From the NCBI GenBank assembly GCA_038212275.1, contig JBBQUR010000017.1, forward strand, positions 42,232 to 106,231: a stretch of 64,000 nucleotides of DNA. The letters run 5' to 3'. The notes beneath the pieces were generated by a model, which worked only from the letters and a program-made list of their open reading frames with translations, did not search any database and was not told the DNA's origin. Position numbers and translations under genes: made by a program. Shown in pieces: positions 58,107 through 64,000 of the stretch; the first letter of the stretch is position 1; each line of letters begins with the position of its first letter. The DNA comes from Planctomycetota bacterium (GTDB lineage: Bacteria; Planctomycetota; B15-G4).

Positions 58107-59370
58107 GCTCAGCTTCGACAAGGCGCGCTTCTTCCACTCGCTCGCCTACCGGCCCCATCCGGGCCAGCAGGAGGTGCACCGCAGCACGGCGCGGCGCCGC
58201 GTCGTGGCCTGCGGCGTGCGCTGGGGCAAGACGCACTGCGCTGCGATGGAGGCCCTTGCGGCCGCCATGGCTCCGGCCGAGCGCTGCATGGGCTGGATCT
58301 GCGCACCGACCTACGACCTGGCCGACAAGGTCTTTCGCGAAGTCGAGTTGATCGCCGCGACGCACCTGCGCCACCGCATCGTCGTGCTGCGGGAACACGA
58401 TCGCCGCCTCGTGCTGCGCAACATGGCGGGTGGCCTGTCGGACGTGCGCGCCAAGTCAGCCGACAACCCGGTCTCGCTGCTCGGCGAGGGGCTGGACTTC
58501 GTCATCGTGGACGAGGCTGCGCGGCTCAAGCCGGCAATCTGGGAGAGCCATCTGTCCCAGCGGCTCCTCGATCGCCACGGCTGGGCGCTGCTCATCTCTA
58601 CGCCGCGTGGCAAGGGTTGGCTCTACGAGCTGTACCAGCGCGGCCAGCGCGGCGAGCCCGATCATGCGAGTTGGAACGCCCCGTCGTGGGGCAACCCGCA
58701 CCTCGACCGTGTCCTCATCGATGCCGAACGGCTGCGGCTACCCGAGCGTGTTTTCAAGCAGGAGTATGGCGGCGAGTTTCTGGAGGGCAGCGGTGCGGTC
58801 TTCCGCTACGTGCGCGAGTGCGCCACGGGCAGCTGGCAGCCCCCACGGGAACGGGAGGAGTACTTCGCCGGCCTCGATCTGGCCAAGGTCGAGGACTTCA
58901 CGGTCCTGGTCATCATGGACCGGCAGCGGCGCGTCGTGTGCGTGGATCGGTTCCATCGCCTCGACTGGGCCATCCAGGTCCAACGCATCGTGGCGCTGAC
59001 CAGCAAGTACAACAACGCCCGCACTCTGGTGGATTCCACGGGTGCCGGTGAGCCCGTCTACGAGTCGTTGTGCCGTGCCGGGTGCAACGCCAAGCCGTAC
59101 CCGTTCACGCAGCGCTCCAAGGCCGCCTTGATCGACAACCTCGCGCTGCTGCTCGAGCAGCGGCTCATCACGTTGCCGCGTGCCGAAGTCTGGCCTGAGG
59201 GCATCGACGAGCTCGAGGGTTTTGAATACTCGGTCACCGAGGGCGGCACGGTGCGCAGCAGTGCACCGGGGGGCACCCACGATGATTGCGTCGCGGCGCT
59301 CGGGCTCGCAGCCTGGCAGCTCCAGCCCAGAGACGAAACGCCATCGATCCTGCGCCTTCGAGGATTCTGA
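58084..59370 (+). CDS. Phage terminase large subunit
   Basis: PHPGQ, Walker A GVRWGKT, APTY, Walker B FVIVDEAA, STPRG, nuclease GLDLA...HDDCV. Confidence 0.93.
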   Translation: MPRSPGGELSFDKARFFHSLAYRPHPGQQEVHRSTARRRVVACGVRWGKTHCAAMEALAAAMAPAERCMGWICAPTYDLADKVFREVELIAATHLRHRIVVLREHDRRLVLRNMAGGLSDVRAKSADNPVSLLGEGLDFVIVDEAARLKPAIWESHLSQRLLDRHGWALLISTPRGKGWLYELYQRGQRGEPDHASWNAPSWGNPHLDRVLIDAERLRLPERVFKQEYGGEFLEGSGAVFRYVRECATGSWQPPREREEYFAGLDLAKVEDFTVLVIMDRQRRVVCVDRFHRLDWAIQVQRIVALTSKYNNARTLVDSTGAGEPVYESLCRAGCNAKPYPFTQRSKAALIDNLALLLEQRLITLPRAEVWPEGIDELEGFEYSVTEGGTVRSSAPGGTHDDCVAALGLAAWQLQPRDETPSILRLRGF

Positions 59371-59510
59371 AGGCTCACCCGCGTCGTCGGCTACGAGCCC
59401 CCCAGGAATCGCGAAGCATTGGCCCATCGGGGCGAGGCATCCGGGGACCCCGGCGACTTGCAGCGCTGACGAGAATGAGCCCTCATGGCCTCCCTTCTCG
59501 GGAGCCTGCC

Positions 59511-60413
59511 ATGCGACTACTCGCCGCCCTCGACCGCTACCTCCTCCAGCTGCGCGCCGATGGCCGTTCGGTCCACACCATCGAGCAGTACACGCGCCAC
59601 CTACGACTGCTCGACCGTTGGCTTGCCGCGGAGCGCGAGGGCCGAACGCTGGCGACGATCGACCACGAGGTCCTGGCGCGCTTCCTCGTCTCCGATCCGG
59701 CACGGGTCCGCGCCGACGGCCAGCCGAAGAAGGCGACCGCCACGAACACGCTGCGCAGCAGCCTGCGCGCCTTCTTCAGTTACGTGCACGCCGCCGGGCT
59801 CGCGCGCCACAACGCTGCCGCGCTGGTGCGACGGGCCAAGTGTGCCTGCCCCCCGCCGCGGTCACTCTCGGAACCCGATTGCAAGCGCCTCCTCACGACG
59901 CTCGCACGCGGGACGAGCGAGGTCGCGGTCCGGGACCACCTGCTCTTCCACTTGATGTTGAGGACCGGCATCCGCGTCGGATCGGCGGTCGCTATCGAAA
60001 AACGCGATATCGACCTCCCGCGCGGCGAGGTCTTCCTGCGGACCACCAAGGGCGACCGGCCGGCCATGGTGCTGCTCGACAAGGCGATCGTCGCGCACCT
60101 GCGTGCCTTCGTCCACCGGCGCGCAGAGGGTCCCTTGTTCACGGGGGCGAGCGGGAAGCCGCTGACGACACGGCAGGTCAGGCGGCGGCTCGCAGACTGG
60201 TTGGGCCGCGCCGGCGTGCGGCATGCCTCGCCGCACGCACTCCGGCACACCTTCGCCACCAACCTGTACAGTCGGACCGAGGACATCCTGCTCGTGCGGG
60301 ACGCCCTGCGTCATCGGTCGCTGCAGTCCACGATGGTCTATGCACGTGGCGACGATGCCCGTCTCCGTGCCGCGCTCCAACGCCGACCGACGTTGTTCAT
60401 GGCGTCCCGCTAG
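59511..60413 (+). CDS. Tyrosine recombinase/integrase (XerC/D-like)
   Basis: TGIRVG (R), TKGD (K), HALRHTFAT (HxxR), LRHRS (H), TMVY (Y). Confidence 0.93.
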   Translation: MRLLAALDRYLLQLRADGRSVHTIEQYTRHLRLLDRWLAAEREGRTLATIDHEVLARFLVSDPARVRADGQPKKATATNTLRSSLRAFFSYVHAAGLARHNAAALVRRAKCACPPPRSLSEPDCKRLLTTLARGTSEVAVRDHLLFHLMLRTGIRVGSAVAIEKRDIDLPRGEVFLRTTKGDRPAMVLLDKAIVAHLRAFVHRRAEGPLFTGASGKPLTTRQVRRRLADWLGRAGVRHASPHALRHTFATNLYSRTEDILLVRDALRHRSLQSTMVYARGDDARLRAALQRRPTLFMASR

Positions 60414-60467
60414 GCAGGGCAATGGCTCGACCGTGGCCAACTCGCCCGGGCCATCGAGCGGGTCAGG

Positions 60468-61163
60468 TCACTTCGGTCGCAGCGCCGCTTGGTTCGCCTT
60501 CGCGGCTGCCTCGACCGCGGTTTTCAATTGCAGGAAGGCCACGGGGCCACCCGACAGCTCTCGCAGCGCCTTGAGCATGATCGAATGCTGGCTTCGTTTC
60601 CGGTCATTGAGGGCGTTGCAGGGGAGCACATAGAACTCCCACTGGTCCAAGTTGAGCGGGTCGACGGTCGGCTTGTGCCGGTGGGCCAGAAGCGCAAAGA
60701 CGTAGACCTCGGCGTGGCGGCCGCACAGCGGATCCTGACGATTCGAATCGGCGTCCCAACCACGGCGCGCCTTCACAACGAATGAAATGCTCGACAGCTC
60801 CCGTTGCGCCCAGCTCTGGATGTAGGCCGAGGACTTGACCTGGATCCGAACGCCGTCGCTGGTCAGCAGATCGAACGCATCCCACTCCTCACGGACGCCA
60901 TCGGTGCTGATGCCGACGGCCTGCGCGACGATGAACTCTGCAAACCTCCCACGAGTCAGGTTGCTGACGAGGTCGGAGACCGACCAGCGCCAGAAAGCCA
61001 ACAGGTCTGCTTCGGGCCGGGCACCTGCGCCGTGGAGGCACTCATTACCGACCTGGCGACGGAGTGTCAGCCGACCAAGATCCGCCGTGGCGGGATCGCT
61101 TTCCGGCCAGGAGGCGTTGCGCCCCCCGTTCGGTCGCCAATAGTTGCTTCGCGCGTCCACCAT
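60468..61163 (-). CDS. Putative PD-(D/E)XK nuclease
   Basis: RGRFAEFIV...WDAFDL....G.RIQVKSSAY; start uncertain. Confidence 0.7.
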   Translation of the reverse strand: MVDARSNYWRPNGGRNASWPESDPATADLGRLTLRRQVGNECLHGAGARPEADLLAFWRWSVSDLVSNLTRGRFAEFIVAQAVGISTDGVREEWDAFDLLTSDGVRIQVKSSAYIQSWAQRELSSISFVVKARRGWDADSNRQDPLCGRHAEVYVFALLAHRHKPTVDPLNLDQWEFYVLPCNALNDRKRSQHSIMLKALRELSGGPVAFLQLKTAVEAAAKANQAALRPK

Positions 61164-61231
61164 GTGACGCATAGTCCACACATGGCCGCGACAGGGCAAG
61201 GCGTTATGTGACTTCTAGTCCGTGGTACCAT
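61162..61231. promoter_or_regulatory. Two C-box-like operators plus a putative -10 element
   Basis: ATGTGACGCATAGTCC (61162-61177) and ATGTGACTTCTAGTCCGTG (61206-61224; GACT-N3-AGTC palindrome); TACCAT at 61226-61231. Confidence 0.72.
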
Positions 61232-61259
61232 CGTCCGCGTCGCCCGAACCTAGCCCTTC

Positions 61260-61514
61260 GTGGCGAAGCACGACGACGGCGATGCACTCTTCAAGGCCTT
61301 TGGCGAGGCAGTCCGCCAAGTCCGAAAGCGCCACGAGATGTCGCAGGAGGACCTCTGCTTCAGGGCGGGCCTGGATCGGACCTACATTTCAGGGATCGAG
61401 CGCGGCGTCCGCAACCCGACCCTGAGGACGATGGCCATCCTTGCGCGGGCGCTGGAGACGCAGCCGTCAGCCCTACTCCGCGCCGCCGAGAAGCGGCTTC
61501 AGCGGGCATCGTAG
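61260..61514 (+). CDS. XRE-family HTH regulator, RM controller (C-protein)-like
   Basis: FGEAVRQVR...SQEDL...AGLDRTYISGIERGVRNPTL. Confidence 0.92.
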   Translation: MAKHDDGDALFKAFGEAVRQVRKRHEMSQEDLCFRAGLDRTYISGIERGVRNPTLRTMAILARALETQPSALLRAAEKRLQRAS

Positions 61515-61878
61515 GCAGCCCGCCGTTCCACACACGCGGCATGGGATCTGACGACGATGCCTGAATGGGTGCGGGCCAGGTGCGGAATTCGCGTGATCCG
61601 TGGCACCTCCGCTGACTCGACGCCGAGTCCGCGCCATGGCGGAGCCGTCGATTCGCGCGCGCGTGGCACGTCGGCCGGGCGGCCTGAGCGGCGCGGGTCG
61701 CTGGCACGCCAGGACGTCTCGGGCTTTACAAACTTCTCATCACCGAGCCTGAGACCGCGTATAGAGCGACGATGGAAAACGCCCGGACGGGGCGGCAAGA
61801 ATGCCATTCGATCCCGGCTGGAACTGGGAGTCCCTAGTGCGCGTCGGCCTTGCCACGGCTGCGCGCGGAGTCGCTGAT

Positions 61879-62961
61879 ATGAGCAGCAACGTGGGTCACC
61901 GTAGCCCGGCGCCGGCCGCGCCTGCAAGGCCGGAGTGCCGCTGGACCGATCCACCGTGCGATCCCCCGTGGGCCATCATCGGCAGCTTCATCGACACGCT
62001 GACTCTGCGTCTGCCCCGGGCACGGGGCGACGACCTCACCGAGATCGACGACGACATACGCGCCGCCCTCGACGCCGAGTGCGGGCAGCCGTGCTTCATC
62101 GCGCCGTCACCTGGCGGTCCTGGAATGCCACCCAGGCACACCGCGGTCACGCTTTACCAACCCGGACCCCGTGCCCTGTTACTCGCCGACGACGTGCTCG
62201 CGCGCTACGTCGTCGGCGAGATCCAGTGGGACGACTTCTTCAGCTCGGAGTCCCGGACCGACGCCGCGTTCAAAGTGCGTGAGCGCGGTGAGATCCAAGC
62301 CGTCGAGTGCAGTCTGGAGGTTGCCGCGGCGTCCGCCGTAGACGCGCGGCGCATCGCCACCTACCTCAAGCAACGGCTTCGTCGGCCCTATGCTCGCGGG
62401 CCCTGTTACGTCTATACGAACAAAGACGGCAGCGACGGAGCCAGCGGCTCAAGCAGCAAGCGCTGGGCGGTGGACCGGCACTATGAATATGCAGGGGAGT
62501 CGAAGCTGCAGCCCGGACGACCGTGCGTGCGCGTGGAACGCCAGCTCCGCGGGACGGCCTTCGCGCGCCGAGGCCTCGCCGGTGTCTGTCGGCCATCGGA
62601 CGTTCCCGACCTCCTGCCGACCATCTGGACGAACGGCTCGCGACGGCTCCGCTTCGAGGAGCCCGACCTGAGAGCGCTCGGCAGGCAGGCCGCGCTGAGA
62701 TCCAAGGCGAAGAAGGCGAGGCCGCTGCGCGGGCGCTGGCGCCCCCCCTACGACGAGGACGAGGAAATGGGAGCGCTCGTTCAGCGGCAAGCCTCGATAG
62801 CGGCCAATGAACCGTGGCTTCACGGCTCCGCTCAGACTGTCCGCGCGCTCGTGGCTCAGTTGAATCACGACTACAAGGGAGTGCGCGGGGCCGTGAGGTT
62901 CTATCCCAAGACCTTCATGGTGGAGATTCCGCTGGCCGCACTCTTCGCCGGCCCCTGGTAG
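61879..62961 (+). CDS. Hypothetical protein, possibly a Rep_trans-like replication initiator
   Basis: GGAG RBS; IDTLTL, VECSLEV, Y.Y and CVRVERQLRG fall in the order of Rep_trans-fold motifs, but are degenerate. Confidence 0.45.
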   Translation: MSSNVGHRSPAPAAPARPECRWTDPPCDPPWAIIGSFIDTLTLRLPRARGDDLTEIDDDIRAALDAECGQPCFIAPSPGGPGMPPRHTAVTLYQPGPRALLLADDVLARYVVGEIQWDDFFSSESRTDAAFKVRERGEIQAVECSLEVAAASAVDARRIATYLKQRLRRPYARGPCYVYTNKDGSDGASGSSSKRWAVDRHYEYAGESKLQPGRPCVRVERQLRGTAFARRGLAGVCRPSDVPDLLPTIWTNGSRRLRFEEPDLRALGRQAALRSKAKKARPLRGRWRPPYDEDEEMGALVQRQASIAANEPWLHGSAQTVRALVAQLNHDYKGVRGAVRFYPKTFMVEIPLAALFAGPW

Positions 62962-62983
62962 TTACCCATAGAAAGTGTTGGGT

Positions 62984-63228
62984 CCCCCCCCCCCAGCCCC
63001 AAGTCCAGCCAGATAAACCGGCTGAGTTAGGGGGACGGGGCTCGTTTGGATCAACCAGCAGCCAACCAGCCCTCAGTCCAGCCGGATCAGCTAGTTAGAC
63101 CAGCTAGATCAGCCGGCACCTGGTCCAGCTAGAGCAACCAGCCGGATCAACCAGCAGCCAACCAGCTCAATGAACAGACCGCACGAAGTCCAGCCAGCTC
63201 AACCAGCAGCCGGCTAGTTAAACCAGCG
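62984..63228. repeat. Poly-C tract plus CCAGC-rich iteron-like repeat array
   Basis: GGATCAACCAGCAGCCAACCAGC at 63048-63070 and 63144-63166; AAGTCCAGCCAG at 63001 and 63186; several GCTAG(TTA) units. Confidence 0.75.
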
Positions 63229-64000
63229 AAGTAGAACGCCGTCCCAGGGCCGGGCTCTCCCGGCAGTGCCCTTCGTAGAGGTGGCCTGGCGATCCACCAA
63301 GCAAGTCCCCGAAACGCCGAGCGCGACCGCTGTTCAATTGCCAGTACTCCGCGTGCCGGACCGCGCTGGTGCGGCGCGGGAGTATGCCGAACGGCGTCTG
63401 CGCCGGAATCGCGCGTGGCCAGCTCCGGTCTCGCAATTGCTGATAACGCTCCCGGCGATCGGCTGCGCGTTCCGGTGTCCCCGTGGCCCCATTCCGTGCT
63501 TCTCATCAACTGGGTGACACTACAGGTCCTTGGGTGGTGCCACGGGATCATCTTCGGTGGCAGGACTGCTTCCGGCCTTGAATCAACAGCTAGTTCACCC
63601 GGCGGATAAACCTCCGGTTCCGTTTGCCTTGGGTCGGCACCTCCGGCTCCTGGGCCAGGAAGCCATTCAACACTCCCCGTCCCGGTGGGCTTCTCCACGG
63701 TGGCGCGGAAACGCGCCCAAATCGCACTCAACGCATCGCAGACCCTGCAGGGCATGCGATCCTTCACGCCCCTCTCGCCCGTTGAGTGGCAACAGGGACG
63801 CTTCTGCGAGTTGACGCCGTGCCAGTGGCTGATGTCGTCGTTGCACAAGATGTTCCCGGACTCGTATATGAAACGCGCGCGCACGTCATGGGTGGGGAGT
63901 TCAGCATGGTAGCAGCGATAACCAAGTGACCAACGTCTTGGCGAAGGTTCCCGATTCGAGACTAAAGTTCAGCAAGGCTGTCCAGACCACTGCCGACATT

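Larger units (their letters stand above)
55949..63228. mobile_element. Phage-related integrative element or prophage remnant (no capsid gene seen; boundaries unknown)
   Basis: MTase, TerS and TerL next to an integrase, nuclease, XRE regulator, Rep-like gene and repeat array; no portal, capsid or tail gene in the window. Confidence 0.65.

Noticed and set aside
41340..60413. Classical integron (cassette array plus IntI)
   Set aside because: I saw no RYYYAAC...GTTRRRY attC structures between genes, and the recombinase lacks an evident IntI-specific insertion.
62984..63228. Possible CRISPR array
   Set aside because: No constant repeat with unique spacers of regular length, and no cas genes.
63147..63884. 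245-aa minus-strand ORF
   Set aside because: No motifs, it runs into the repeat array, and it has no clear RBS; coding status is unsupported.

Overview
High-GC bacterial chromosome segment, probably Planctomycetota (inferred from the gene repertoire, not from a marker gene). Region 1-41.3 kb is core-like. It holds secreted proteins, a tandem trio of H-NS/Rok-like coiled-coil plus winged-helix proteins, a B12 radical SAM operon, and phoD. It also holds a 15-kb divergent locus that joins glgA/glgB to five amide-bond ligases (4 ATP-grasp, 1 GCS2-CBS) and four hydrolases. Region 41.3-54.8 kb is a visibly lower-GC island of minus-strand, mostly secreted-protein genes in two blocks, each preceded by a copy of a ~200-bp non-coding repeat. 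An IS1111-type (IS110 family) element is inserted into one copy. Its terminal repeats, AG core and bridge/seek-RNA guide loops can be read from the sequence, and the second repeat copy supplies a near-empty target site. Region 55.9-63.3 kb is a phage-related element with no capsid gene in the window. It encodes a ParB-MTase, a PnuC-like protein, TerS, TerL, a tyrosine recombinase, a nuclease, a C-protein with C-boxes, a Rep-like gene and an iteron-like array. Five unrelated secreted proteins share one ~120-aa C-terminal domain, a candidate lineage-specific sorting or anchoring signal. I found no rRNA, tRNA or CRISPR array. All calls come from motif reading by eye; no searches were run.
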